The notes beneath the pieces were generated by a model. That model saw only the letters and a list, made by a program, of their open reading frames with translations. It searched no databases and was not told the origin of the DNA. From NCBI RefSeq assembly GCF_009914755.1, contig NC_060942.1: DNA of 64,000 nt; one strand, given 5' to 3'. This stretch comes from the human T2T-CHM13v2.0 reference genome, Homo sapiens. A program made the position numbers and the translations under genes. Shown here piece by piece: positions 1 through 12,620 of this stretch (positions are counted from its first letter, which is position 1; every line of letters begins with the position of its first letter).

Positions 1-1203
1 TTAATCACTTTCCCCATGTGAAACATGGAGAAAAGATCTTATACTATAAAAAGTAACAGGAGGCATTCAAGAGGATATGAGATGGGACAAAATCATCAAC
101 GTGCTGAATGCTATTGATGCTGAAACAGCTGAATTACTATGTATATTTTGCATTTTCTATTATTCTTTGTTTTTTTTTTAAGTAGTTTCATTTCTAGTAC
201 CAGAATTCAGCAGATGTTTACCACATGCTTAGTCTCGAATTTATTTTTCCCTTTAAAACTTGTGTGGACTGTAAGTGAATTTATCATCTCTTTTGATTTT
301 GAGACCTCATATCTCCAAAGTATTAAAGTAAAACCTGTTTCTTTGTTAGATTTAGAATAATTCTTTGGAAAATATTTTGCAAGCTGTACCATGGTTTGTA
401 CTGCATTTTGTCCTCTATTATTGTGCCAGGATTGAGGTGAAAGCATTTCTTTTTTCATTTTTTGGACAAATTATAAATGTTTCTTCTTTATTGAAAACAT
501 GTTGAACATTTAAGTCAGTTCTCTTAAAATTTTTAATGCAAGAGCAATTTTTCAAATTCCTATACATCTGGAAACTATGAATTTTAAATTTGCTTAGGTC
601 TTACTTTCTTTTTTTTCTTTTCTTTGTTTTTTTTTTTTTGTTTGTTTGTTTGTTTTTTGAGACAGATTTTCGCCCTGTCGCCCAGGCTGGAGTGCAATGG
701 CATGATCTCGGCTCACTGCAACCTCCGCCTCTTGGGTTCAAGCGATTCTCTCAGCCTCCTGAGTAGCTGGGATTACAGGTGCCTGCCATCATGCCCAGCT
801 AATTTTTGTATTTTTGTAGAGATAGGGTTTCACCATGTTGGCCAGGCTGGCCTCGAACTCCTGACCTCAGGCGATCTGGCCGCCTCAGCCTCCCAAAGTG
901 CTGGTATTACAGGCATGAGCCACCATGCCCGGCCAGATCTTACCTTCAGCTGGCTTCTACCAACATTAGATTGCTTTTGGAGAGCTGCGTAATACAGTGA
1001 TGTGGGTGAGGCATGGTTAATACTCAGCAGCACTCAGCAAGGGATCACTAAGTGTTGGATGCACAGCTCCTGAGTGGAAAGACCTAATCAGATTTAGTTT
1101 GGCATCAAACTTGGCATCAAGTCTAAGGCTTCCTGCAATCATCATAGCTTATTCTAGAGGCCTGGTTGGTATTTACATTACTTTTTATTCTTTTACATTT
1201 TAG
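1..1203 (+). other. PTPRM: 3' end of the PTPRM intron upstream of the exon (intron 1)
   Basis: Ends in a polypyrimidine tract and AG immediately before the exon. Confidence 0.9.
609..934 (-). mobile_element. AluS (Sx-like), full length
   Basis: Reverse-complement Alu dimer with T-rich tail. Degenerate TSD AGGTCTTACTTTC (596-608) / AGATCTTACCTTC (935-947). Confidence 0.95.
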
Positions 1204-1326
1204 GTGGCTGCCTCTTTGATGAGCCGTATAGCACATGTGGATATAGTCAATCTGAAGGTGATGACTTCAATTGGGAGCAAGTGAACACCTTGACTAAACC
1301 GACTTCTGATCCATGGATGCCATCAG
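1204..1326 (+). CDS. PTPRM: PTPRM internal coding exon (exon 2; N-terminal part of the MAM domain of receptor-type tyrosine-protein phosphatase mu)
   Basis: A pyrimidine tract and TAG acceptor (ttcttttacattttag, ends 1203) precede it, and a GT donor follows at 1327. The 123 nt (phase 1-1) translate as (G)GCLFDEPYSTCGYSQSEGDDFNWEQVNTLTKPTSDPWMPS(G), which I recognise as PTPmu just after the signal peptide. It is missing from the ORF track because it is a short internal exon. Confidence 0.97.
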
Positions 1327-4297
1327 GTTTGCTTTTAGTTTTAAGTTTTGTTTTAAAGAGGAACACAAGAGTCTCAATCATACTATGTGTTCACTGGATA
1401 TTGGTTAAATGAGTGACGGTGTTGGTCTTTGGATGTGGCAGTCAAAGTTGGATTAGCTAGTGAGAGTGGTGCAATTAACAGGATAGGTTATAAAAGTTTT
1501 ATCTCTCTCCCCTTAAAGTCTAAATTATACTTCTTTTATTTGCAAGTACATCTTAGCTAGATTAGTGGGCATTACCCAGTTGATCTTTTCCCAAGCAGCA
1601 AATATGAGAAAAAGATTGAGATCTCTTCTGGTAAATGTGTCTAAGTGTTAGAACTCCAGTTGGGGAATCCAAATAACAGTCTCCATAGGAGGCCTTGGTG
1701 GGGGACTTTTCTTAGCCTCAGGGGCTCCCTTGGCACCTGGGAGATCTAGGAGAATGCCCAGTGATCTTGAAAGTTTTCTGAAGACAAAATGGCAATGCAA
1801 AAATGTGGGTATTTTTTCCACTGAAGAAATGTTTAGTGAATTTCTGATGAGTGAAAGATGTGTTCCACTGAACACCAAAAAGAATTTTACTTCTTGTTGG
1901 GAGGGAAAAGTAGGAAGATGGTGACTAGTGAGCTCTAATCAGCTTGGAGCTTGATTATTGCAATGGACCCTTTTTCAGGCTATGACATTGGACATCCCTT
2001 TAGGACTTTAGGTCTGCAGATTTGGTGATAAGTTTGCTCCACTCAGGATTCAAACTGTGAAACATGTTGTTCTGATTTGGATTTCAGATACAACACAATT
2101 TTTACACTTTTTAATGAATGCAGAGTTTTTCATTAATGCTCCAAAGCGTAGGAATAATTACACTTAGTAAGTAATCTTGTAAAGGTAGCTTTTAAACGTG
2201 AAGTAGAGTTTAATGTTGTCACTAAGGTTTAACAGTATGATGCTCACTGTGTTCCTGCCCTCTCCTTCCTACATTTAACTACTTATAACTTCAAAGAAGG
2301 GAGCATTGAGCTCTTTATCACTGTGGCTTCACTGGACCTCAAAACCTTTTTAGCTGTTGGTTATTTCCTTGCAGCTGCAGCTCACACCCTCCTTTTCTGT
2401 GTCTCTTGTTTTCTTTGTATGTGTGTGTGCTGTTGAATATGACTGTTTAAATCAGGTTTAGTTGCTTTTCCAAATTCCAGTTCCTGCTTCTGTTCTTGTC
2501 AGCGATAAAGAGAGGGGAAGAGGAGAACACAGCTGTGCTCCTCCTGTGGGGCCGTCGTTTCCCAAACAGGTGTCTTCCCCTGATGGCCTTTTGGTCTTTC
2601 CTGCCCTCTCAAGAGGATCCAGCCTGTGTCCAGAGAGGCTGGGCTAGCTGAGGCTGTGAGAGTGGGGAGGGTCCTTAGATTTAGTCCTGGTAGATTGCCC
2701 CAGAAGAGTGCACTTACTCTTGCTTTGTCTATTAACTCCTCATTTGATAAAAAATTTGAAATATTTCACATTAGGTAGTTGACTTCATTATTTTTGTTCT
2801 TAAATTGAAACTTGACTTGAAAAAATCAGCTTTTAAAAATAAGCCCAAGTATTTCAGAATCTTTTCTAGCCTCTCCTGACTCTGTTTCTGGCACAAGATA
2901 ACTCACCTCCCTTGATAAATGAGGCCAAATAAATAATTTCTTGTCACCATCTTGTCCTTTTCTTTTTTTCAATGGCCCACCTTAGACTAAGTTGTCAACT
3001 TTAAAATATTAAAATCATAGGTTTCTAGCACAGGCCGTTAAAAAAATGGTAGTAAAGTTCAAAGCCCAGGTGTATCCTGGCACAGCCAGTTAGGTAATTG
3101 AAAGAACAAAGGTGAATGAAGAGGAAGTGATGCTGCACATATATGGCCTTTGAAGGCTCTTCTGACTTGAGAAGAATGACATGGAGGCATTTATATGTTT
3201 TCTTATGATTTATTCTTCTATTGATTAATAGAATACTTGATAATTAATATTAGGCCTTTGTAGCATAAGATCTGTGAGTGTTACATCTTGTAACGCTTTT
3301 GTCAAGTCTGACTTATTTCTGATAGTTACAGAAGGTGTGTTTTGGACCCTCACCCCCAAACAGATTGCAACTCATTGTTTGGACCTGAGAGTGGTTTAGG
3401 TGTCAGCATTTGAGTGAGGAAAGGGAAGGACTGGCAGTTCCCCCACCTCTCTGGCTGTGCTTATGTGCATGGGTGCAGCTCAGATTTCTGAAAACTATTG
3501 TTGCTCCATCAGATTAAATATTTTTGCCATAATATAGAACTGAAAATACAGTTTTTCTTTTTCTTTCTTTTTTTTTTTACTACTCATTAAACAAACTTTA
3601 GTCATTAGAAATTGTTTTTGAGCCCCAATGTATGCTAAACATGATGGTAATTATTGTAGGAGAGGAAGGATTATAAGAAATGACTTTTTCTCTTTAGGAA
3701 CTTATCTACTTGGGGAAAAAAAGTTACAAAAATACAATTAGTGAACAATCTAAAATGATATATAATTAAGTGTGCTATAGACTGGAAGTGTTCTAAAAGC
3801 AGTTTCTCAATATCAACCCAATATTTTATAAAAGAATGTGGAGCTGTGCCCAGCTGACCCATCGACCAAAGTGAGGAGTTACATTCTCAAAGCACCGTTG
3901 TTAGAAGTGAGGAAACAGCATCTTATAAACATGCATGTACTATCCTAAAGTCTAGATTTTTAAACTGAGTTTCCAATATGTATATACAGCCATAAGTTTT
4001 AAATGCTTCTTAGTTTCCAGGGTTTTCACCTTCTTTTTCTTCTTCTCCTCTTCCATTAATGTGTGCAAATGATTTATTCCTTTCAAAAACTGATTCCAAG
4101 GCTGGTTTTCCCATGCTAAAACAGAAATGACTCTTATGAATTTCTCAGGGCAAATGGGTGGGAAAATCAGATAGAACCATAGCTTTCTGAGGGCAAATTT
4201 TCTAAACCTTTATGTAAAATACTATTGGATTTATTCTTTCATGGGTATGTGTATTTGTCTTATGTATATAGGTTGGTTCCGTAACACTTTAGAGACC

Positions 4298-4611
4298 AAG
4301 AGTTGGCAAACTGCCCTGCTGGTCAAATCCAGCTCGCTGCTAGTTTTTGTGTGGCTTGTGAGCTAAGAGTGGTTGTTACATGTTTTAATAGTTAAAAAAA
4401 AAGCAAAAAGAATAATAAAATTTTGTGATGTGAAATTCAAAATGCAGCGTTTACAAGTTTTACTGACACACAGCCATGCCCATTTGTTTAAATGGTGTCA
4501 GTGGTTGGTTTCAAGCTACAGTGAGAGTTTAGTAGTGGCAACAGAGACTGGTCCACAAAGCGTAAGATATTTATGCCCTGGCCCTTTATGGAAAAATGTT
4601 GCTGATGCCCG
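4298..4611. mobile_element. MER58-type hAT-Charlie MITE (MER58B-like)
   Basis: Ends caagagttggcaaac … gttgctgatgccc. Internal cacagccatgcccatttgttt and gcaacagagact motifs are typical of MER58. Confidence 0.8.
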
Positions 4612-4924
4612 TCTTAGACCATTTTGGCATCAGCATGTAATTGTTATTTTGGACCCATGGTTTATATTGTTGTTGTTTTCTATATTCATATAATTATTAA
4701 TATACAAACATTTCACATTTTCTCTCACTTTCAGAAGATGTGTTTTCTAAACATTGGGCTATCAAAATCAGTAAGAAAAAGAAAAAACATGATTAGAGAT
4801 TTCCTCTATCATTGCCTTAAATTTGCTATCTCTTGAAAAGCATCGTGATGTGATTTTCTTTATTTTTTAGTACCTAAATCTTTGTCACAGTCCTGTAATT
4901 CTAATAAGTGAATAATTCATCAAG

Positions 4925-5054
4925 GGCTGGGTGCGGTGGCTCATGCCTGTCATGCTAGCACTTTGGGAGGCTGAGGTGAGAGGATTGCTTGAGTTCAGCA
5001 GTTCGAGACCACCCTGGACAACGTGGGAAGACCCCATCTTTATAAATGAAGAAT
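4925..5054 (+). mobile_element. FLAM_C / free left Alu monomer
   Basis: Single Alu monomer with a perfect 14-bp TSD AATAATTCATCAAG (4911-4924, 5055-5068). Confidence 0.9.
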
Positions 5055-5498
5055 AATAATTCATCAAGATGAATTTAAAAGTTATGACAGTGAGAGACTA
5101 ACATTTCATTCTAATTTTTAGCTTTTTACTTTTTCTGTGTCTTTTTAAAAGTTAGTGCTCCAGTGTATAGATTTGTTTCCCCATATCCTTATGTGTGAGG
5201 TTATTTTTAACCACATTTTAAAAAATTAAAATGCAGTTTGGAGTTTTGTGCAAGCTGGCTTGATAACTACTCTGGAGCAGTGACGTTAGCTCTGGAAATA
5301 CATATTTAGGGGGAATAAATACTAAATGCCGTTTAAATTTTTGTATTTCAAGTGAACATTCATGTCATAGTAGATTAAACTTTTGCTGCTAGCTCTGAGT
5401 CATCACGGTTTTCTTGGTGGTGAAACCATGCCAAACCTAATTTCTCTGTTATCAGTGAGTGAGTGATTCGTTTCATATCAGTTGATCTTCTCTAGTAG

Positions 5499-5837
<339 letters not shown>

Positions 5838-6829
5838 CACAGTGGGGAAATTTCTTGAACTTTATCATAAGGATTACTATTTGAACACAAAAATCTTGAT
5901 ATAGTAACCTGGTATTTTTTGTTAGCACTGTTACATCCTATCACTTTATATACTGCAGCACATTCTATAATTATCACATAGATTAAGAAGCATTAAGAAG
6001 GGTTTTATGATATAAAAACACCTACCTGGTTTGATAATGTGGTATTTTGTGTACTTGTACCTCAGTGTTCCAGTTCTATATAATTGATACTTAGTAGATT
6101 CTATGTGCTTAAAAATGTAACCCTGTCTTATAAAAAAATTATCAAATTCATCTACAATATTAAAAATGTGAAGGTAACTTATAATCATAGCTATAACCGT
6201 AGCTATTTGATACTCATGACATGTATTTATAGTCTATGTTGTCCCCTTAAGTTTTCTTACCTCTAGAAAGGCTGTAATTAAGTGAAAGTGGATATCAGTG
6301 TTGGGAAAACATAATTCTCTTAGTATTTTTCCAGGTAGTATAGCATGGGACTACATAAAGCTCATTTAGCTTTCCATGTCTTAGTTATATCTGTGGGGAA
6401 TTGGGAATGATGCTGCTGCTAATTTTCATGGAAATGTGACTAAGAATTGAATCACGTCTGTGGGTGCCCGTATGAAAGACAGAGAGGAAAGTGTCAGGAT
6501 GGAGCAGCGTGTGCACTCTGTGTGATGACCCAGAAAATAGAAAAATGACTACATATATTTGTTTAGAGTCAATTTCACATTTGGGAAGGAAGATGGATTG
6601 ACAGACAAAGTAATTGAAGTTTTCTCTTTGGATGCACTTATCAGGCACATTTTCCTTGTGCTAAGGAAGACTTCCCTATTTATTCACACTTCAGGACTTA
6701 TTCAGGTCTTAGAGAGTAACAAAGAGAAGATGACGGTGGGCTTGAAGACTTTTCCCCTCTAAAATTTCAGCATGTCTCCAGTGAGAAATGTTTTTGGCAC
6801 AGAATATTCAGACAGTTCTCTAATTATCC

Positions 6830-6950
6830 TATTCATTCTTTCAAATCAGTCAACATTCAACAAATGTTTATTAAACACCTGCTATGTGCTATGCATTGTT
6901 TTAGATGCCTGAGATTTTTCACCGAGTGAAACAAATAAAGATCCTCTTCT
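6830..6950 (-). mobile_element. L2 3'-end fragment
   Basis: cattcaacaaatgtttattaaacacctgctatgtgc matches the L2 3' terminus in reverse. Confidence 0.65.
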
Positions 6951-7299
6951 CAGCCTACCTTAAATTCTTCGTCTGATAAGATCGTTCCTGGATGGGCTTA
7001 CGATTATATGCTAGAAAACCACATTTTCCCACATTTATTAATGACTTTCTAGTGGCGAGTATTTAAGAGGTAATCCAAAATATAGTTCATCAGACCCAGC
7101 ACATTAAAGCATCAAATCTAGCTTTCCATATAGCTTTCTTCTCTAAAAAAAGTAAGATAAAAAGTCTAAATCTTAGGCAAGTGGCAGCACAGTATTTTCA
7201 GATCAGTCTGCCTTAGAAAACAAAGTAATCTTGTACATATAAATGACACTAAGCAGTCAACAACATTTGCTTTTTTGTTCTGTATCATTTGGTTCTCGT

Positions 7300-7395
7300 G
7301 ATGGGCCTGGTAGATTGGGTGGCATTATCCTCATTTTACAACATAGGAAACTGAAGTTCAGAAAAGGAATACTTTACCCAGGCATCCATGGCAGA
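7300..7395 (-). mobile_element. MIR fragment
   Basis: Core attatcctcattttacaacataggaaactgaagttcaga. Confidence 0.7.
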
Positions 7396-7549
7396 ACGAC
7401 AGCCTTCACTTTTGTTCTTTGGAGTACCCTTATGTATTCTCTTCACGTGAGAACATGCATCTGGGGAAGAGGCTAGTCTTTCATTTCAGGTGCATGCATT
7501 TGGATCTTCTTGAAATGAATGTGAAGGCTGTTGACCATGGGTCTACATG

Positions 7550-7655
7550 CCCTGCCCAGGTCAGCTGCTGGCTCTATCAATGTGCAGCTGTTGACCTTGG
7601 TCAAGTTCTGAAGCTCCCTGTTTTAGTCCTATTATCTGTAAAATATTAGTAATAG
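7550..7655 (+). mobile_element. MIR fragment
   Basis: Core tgaccttggtcaagtt…ttttagtcctattatctgtaaaat. Confidence 0.6.
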
Positions 7656-8502
7656 CTGTTCGTGGAACGACTACTATGGGCCTGGCTATAGGTGCTAGAG
7701 CTGTAGCAATGGAGTTTCTAGCCTCTTGATGATTAAATCCCATGGAGGAGGCAGGCAGTCCACAGGTAAGGGTAGAAAATAGACTGTCATGGTGGGAAGT
7801 GCCAAGAGTGCTGAAGAGGAATCAGGATAAGGGCTTAGAGAGCAATGGGGGTTGCAGACAGGGACAGCTTTTCTGAGGATGCATCTTTCAGTAAAGACCT
7901 AAATCCTGTCAAGACCAAGAGGCCATGGAGGCTGAGTGATCCAGCGTAGGGAAGAGCAGGAGTGTGCTCTGCTGGAGCTAGGGGTGGGAGTCAGACCACA
8001 TAGGACCCTGAAAGCCATGGGAAGACGTTTAAAACCTACCTCAAAGAGTTATTGACCAGGTGAGACCCAATAACACACACCAGGAGCTTAGCCTCTAACC
8101 CGGCCCAGTGCAATGTTCAACAGATTTATTTCCTTTATTAGTATTATTAAATAATTTAGAGGCAATTTGGTATGAATTCATCTCTTAGCTTAATTTTGAC
8201 TCAGCTAAATGGGCAGCTTTTGCTAAATTCTTATTTTCTCTTCTGAATGACGCCAGGTAAGAAATAGAAGATATAAATCTTCATCTAATTTTTGATTGGA
8301 TTAAAAAGCCCCAAGCTGAAATAAGTCTATTAAAATACAATAATTAAAAAAAGTCTTTAATCAGTATATTTGTTTCAAAACCCTATTAATATCTCAAATG
8401 AAATTTTCAGATATTTAGATGCAGCAGTGCCTATTTTTTTGAGTCAAGATTTTTTAAGTTGTAAAAAATTAATGTTGAATCTGCAAACAATCAAATACAC
8501 TG

Positions 8503-8719
8503 ATTTTTTTTCTCCTTCTTTTATTTTAGGTTCGGGGGTACATGTGTAGATTTGTTAAATGGGTAAATTACGTGTTGCTGAGGCTTGGTATACAAATGAT
8601 CCCATCACCCAGGTAGTGAGCATAGTCCCCATAGGTGGCCTTCCAGCCCATACCCCTGTCCCACCATTCCCCCCAAGCAGTCCCCATTGTCTATCATTCG
8701 TTCCCATGTTTGTGTCCAT
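8503..8719 (-). mobile_element. 5'-truncated L1 3' end (old L1PA15/16 or L1PB type)
   Basis: ttcgggggtacatgtgtagatttgtt…gatcccatcacccaggtagtgagcatag is L1 3' UTR in reverse. Confidence 0.85.
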
Positions 8720-9396
8720 CTAACAGTGTTTTTTATCTGGATGGTAGGATTTGAGGTTATGGCCCCAGCATTTCCATCTGACACATTTCCTTTATAACCA
8801 AGTCTAACTTTATCATAAAAATTAACACTTAAATGTTTGGGAGGTGGGCATTGAATTTGACATTTTTTTTTAGTTGATTCTGAATAATTCCAGTCACTGA
8901 ACCCAAGAAATGAAAATTGAGTTACTCTCCTTCCTTGAATATCTCATTCAGTTGTCCACACTGAGGCTCCCACCTGAGTTCTAGCTGTAATATAATCACT
9001 AGTGAGCATTCGTCCTCCCTAGGTCTTACTCAGACCACCTTGGTGAGGCTTAGAATGAGTTTACAGTCAGCTTTTATATGGTGAATGATGAGACAAAGCA
9101 AAATAAATTGGACTGGAGTTGTAGTCTCTCAGCAGTTTCAAAATTACAAAATTTAGAAAAATAACTTTAGATGATTATGAAAAAACAAACCATTTCATGT
9201 CAGTGACCTGTGGGGAGCACTTAGTGAAACACCACAGGCTCTGTGTAGCCTCTTTTCCATGTGCGTGGACACCATGTGCCCCTTCAGTGGCCCTTACTGG
9301 TTGTGTGGGTAATGGGTGTGTGAGGGAGGGTTCTTCCCATGAGGGAGATGCTGGGTGATGGAGCCAAAGGCTGGGATTACGTTTCATGTTAATTAG

Positions 9397-9426
9397 GAAG
9401 GAAGGAAGGAAAGAAGGAAGGAAGGA
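9397..9426. repeat. (GGAA)n-type microsatellite
   Basis: ggaaggaaggaaggaaagaaggaaggaagg. Confidence 0.85.
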
Positions 9427-9474
9427 TGGATTTTAGTTCTTGAATTACACATCTGATTTGGTGTTTTCCTCCTT

Positions 9475-9800
9475 TTAAAAAATGTAGTAGAATATACATA
9501 GCGTCAAATTTACTATGTGAACCATTTTTAAGTGTACAGTTCAGTGCATTATAAATGCATTCACATTGTACAACCATCACCATTGTCCTTCTCCAGAACT
9601 TCTGTGTCTTCCCCCAACTGAAACTCTGTACCTATTAAACTCTAACTCCTCCTTCCTCCTCCCCCAGCCCTGGCAACCACTGTTCCACTTTCTGTCTCTA
9701 TGAATTTGGCCACTCTAGGTAGCTTATGTAAGTGGAGTCATACAGTGCTGTCCTTTTGTGTCTGGCTTATTTCATGCAGCATAATGTTTTCAATGATTCA
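9475..9800 (-). mobile_element. L1MB-type 3' UTR fragment
   Basis: accatttttaagtgtacagttcagtg…cccagccctggcaaccact…tggcttatttca. Confidence 0.85.
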
Positions 9801-10615
9801 GTTTTTCTATACAAAAACTTTCAGAGATTAAAGCAGTCATTCTTTAAAAAATATTTTGATTTTTAATATCACACTGTTTCAAGGGGGCCAATGTCAGCCA
9901 CTATATTATGTATGACCACTTATTTCAGTAGTTTATATTTAACATTCAACAAATGTTTTCCTTTAAATTTGTTCCAAATTCCTGTCTTGGCAGATTGGAA
10001 GCTTACAAAAAGTAAGAATAGTGGCTAGCTGTGTTTTAAATATTTGCTAAAAAGTATACAAATTAGCCTGTGTTTATAAATAATGTGTTTTAATAGTTTT
10101 ATTTCCTGCTTAAATTTCCCATAAAATTGTACAAGTTGACATCATAAGAGTTATGTGGAGCCAAGTAATGGAATAAACAGGCTGATCATGACAGATGTTG
10201 TACATCTTTTAGTTAGCATCTGGTAGTGGAGTGGGTGAGAGGTGGGAGAGGTGAGGACTAAGGGTGATCAGCAAGGGGATGGTTATGCTACCTTTCCTGA
10301 AAATATCCACCGAGGATTCACTCAGCTCTCACAGCCTGTGTGTTCCACCTGTCGGGCTCCATAGTGTGAGGGACTCATGCTGGGCAGGGCCAATTTACTG
10401 GGACAGAGAAACCCACCTTGGCAATATGAGTCAAGAAAGGGACAATGAGTTTTGAGGTGACACTCATGGACATTCCCTTAGTCCCAGAGTCAGAGGGGTT
10501 AGTGGGTAGAGATGGAGCTGATTTTTGAAAACATTTTCTCTAAAGACCAGAAAGTCCAACGCCTGAGGAAGACTTCCCACTTGGATTCAGGGCAGCAGAA
10601 CAGTGCCCTCTCTTT

Positions 10616-10802
10616 TTATTATTATTTTATTTATTTATTTGTTTTTAGAGATGGGGTCTTGCTTTGTTGCCTGTGTTGGAGTGCAGTGGCGTGATCATAG
10701 CTCACTGCAGCATCAAACTCGTGGGCTCAAGGGATCCTCCTGCTTGGGCCTCTGGAGTATCTGGGACTATAGGTGCATGCCACCATGCCTGGCTAATTTT
10801 TA

Positions 10803-10842
<40 letters not shown>

Positions 10843-10968
10843 TGTGTGTGTAGAGACAGGGCCTTGCTATCTTGCCCAGGCTGGTCTTGAACTCCTGGAC
10901 TCAAGCAATCCTTCTGCCTTGGCCTCCCAAAGCACTGGAATTACAGGTGGAAGCCACTGTGCCCAGCC
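10616..10968 (-). mobile_element. AluJ with an internal (TG)n microsatellite
   Basis: Antisense AluJ features (atcatagctcactgcagc, ggctcaag). TSD CAGTG(C/G)CCTCTCTTT (10601-10615, 10969-10983). Confidence 0.92.
10807..10851. repeat. (TG)n microsatellite in the Alu linker
   Basis: About 22 TG units with one TA interruption. Confidence 0.95.
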
Positions 10969-11321
10969 CAGTGGCCTCTCTTTACTGGGGTGGATCCATG
11001 GAGTCACAGGGGTTTGGAGTGGGCCATCACTGTGCTAACCGGCACAGCCCACTGGCCAGTGGATGGTGACGTTAGAAGATCCCTCACATTGACACCAAGA
11101 TGGGGAAGGCCTTGAAAGTTCTGTGTGACCTAGGGCACTGCTTCACTGTATTCTCCTTCTGCCTGTGGGGGATCATTACAGGGTCCCCCATAAAAAAGTA
11201 GCTGTCCAGACTTTCCATAGTCCAAGAAGTCAAAGAGCCGAATACATTTAAATAAATAATTGGTAGGCCTAGATTATCCTTTTCACTTTAAGACCAGGAA
11301 CAAATAGAAGTTCCTTCCCAC

Positions 11322-11808
11322 TGTGAAAGGTGATCCCAGGAATTGGGTCATTCTTGTCATACCTAACTAAAACAGAGTCAAGAGGCCGGAGGGGAAAAGC
11401 ACCCTGGACACACACCATTGCTCCAAGTATGTCGCTCTCTGCCAGCCCAGCTGCTGAAGCTGCCTGCTGTAACCTGAAACCAGTTTTATGTAATAGTTCC
11501 TGGAATACCTGCTGTGACTCCTAAAACTCCTTTTATCCCACCACCTTACCCACCATCGTCACTCAACAATCAGAGCTTGCCCAGCTTCTCCAAACTTTTC
11601 TAGTGCCAATGAACTATGGCACTAGAAATTATGTTTCAGCTTTTTATAAAACTATGTTTCAGCTTTTTATAAAACCTCCAACCTTCTATATTCTTCAGAT
11701 CTACCAAGACCACCCAGTCTGCATGTGTGCCCAAATTGCAGCTCTTTTCTCCTGAATAAAACAGTAAATTCAGAGATTAGTCTCTACATTTTTATTTTGA
11801 CATTGACA
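11322..11808 (+). mobile_element. ERV solo LTR (LTR47-like; subfamily tentative)
   Basis: TG…CA termini, TATAAAA, and AATAAA at 11755. The gggtcattcttgtcatacc…aacagagtcaag motif matches my recollection of this family. Confidence 0.7.
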
Positions 11809-11811
11809 CTG

Positions 11812-12290
11812 CTTTTTGAGCACTGCTGTGTGCAAGGTGCTGTTCCAGTCACCAGGGATTCAGGGAGACATCAGCCTGCAGTCTTCCAGGCCATGTAGAA
11901 GTGGTGTTGCAAGTGAATGCTCTGGGGGAAGCTCCATTTGTCTGCTCTGAGCCCAAGGAGGCTGCCACCCAGTTGGAGGCCATGGGGTGAGGGCAAGGGG
12001 AAGGCTTCCAGGAGGTGGGAGCACCCAAGAGGGGCAAGAGAAGGTGAGTAGTGATGCTGGAACAGGTAGAAACGCCAGACAGAAGGACATCCTGTGTAAA
12101 GGCAGTGAGGGGTGGGAAGGGAGCACAGGTGTTCACAAGGCTGCCTGGGAAACTGCATGTAGTTCTAGGGACTGCCAAGTACATGGAATGGGAAGAGGAA
12201 GAGGTCCAGACATAGGCGATGAGCTGGTGAAGGATATGAAGGAAGAGGGTGATTTGAGTGTTGATTTCTGGCAAAGTGAGAAGAAAAGAA
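11812..12290 (-). mobile_element. L2 fragment(s)
   Basis: tttttgagcactgctgtgtgcaaggtgctg, followed by purine-rich degenerate L2 3' region. Confidence 0.5.
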
Positions 12291-12399
12291 AATATTTAAC
12301 TGAGTATGTGTAGAGGAAAATTCAAAATTTCTGATAAGAGTGTCTCCAGAAAAGATGTAATAAGGAAATTTGGTTAGTAAATGAGTACCAAAAAGCATA

Positions 12400-12620
12400 T
12401 GAATATGTTGGAGAATACCCTCGTTCTTAGGAGATTCATGCTGAAGTGTTAAAAGATATAAGTGTTAGGATATCTTTGCAGAAAAAAGTGTGTGTGTATG
12501 TTGAGAGAGAGAGAGAGCGCGCGTGTGTGCAGATATGGTAAGATGTTAACAAATGTTGAGTCTAAGGGAAGTGTGCGTTTATTACTTAATTTTTCTGTAC
12601 TTTTGAAGCTAAGCAAAATT
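12400..12620 (+). mobile_element. L1ME-type 3' end containing a short TG/GA/GC dinucleotide tract
   Basis: gttcttaggagattcatgctgaagtgtt…atatggtaagatgttaacaaatgttgagtcta. Confidence 0.6.

Noticed and set aside
624-992. 122-aa ORF and similar ORFs at 10664-11038, 22730-23038, 44052-44348 and 60508-60825
   Set aside because: These are translations of Alu sequence (…ISAHCNL…[12 protein letters not shown]…), a well-known artefact.
1021-1120. Short direct repeats ACTCAGCA x2 and TTGGCATCAA x2 upstream of the exon
   Set aside because: Too short to distinguish from ordinary slippage; no functional support.
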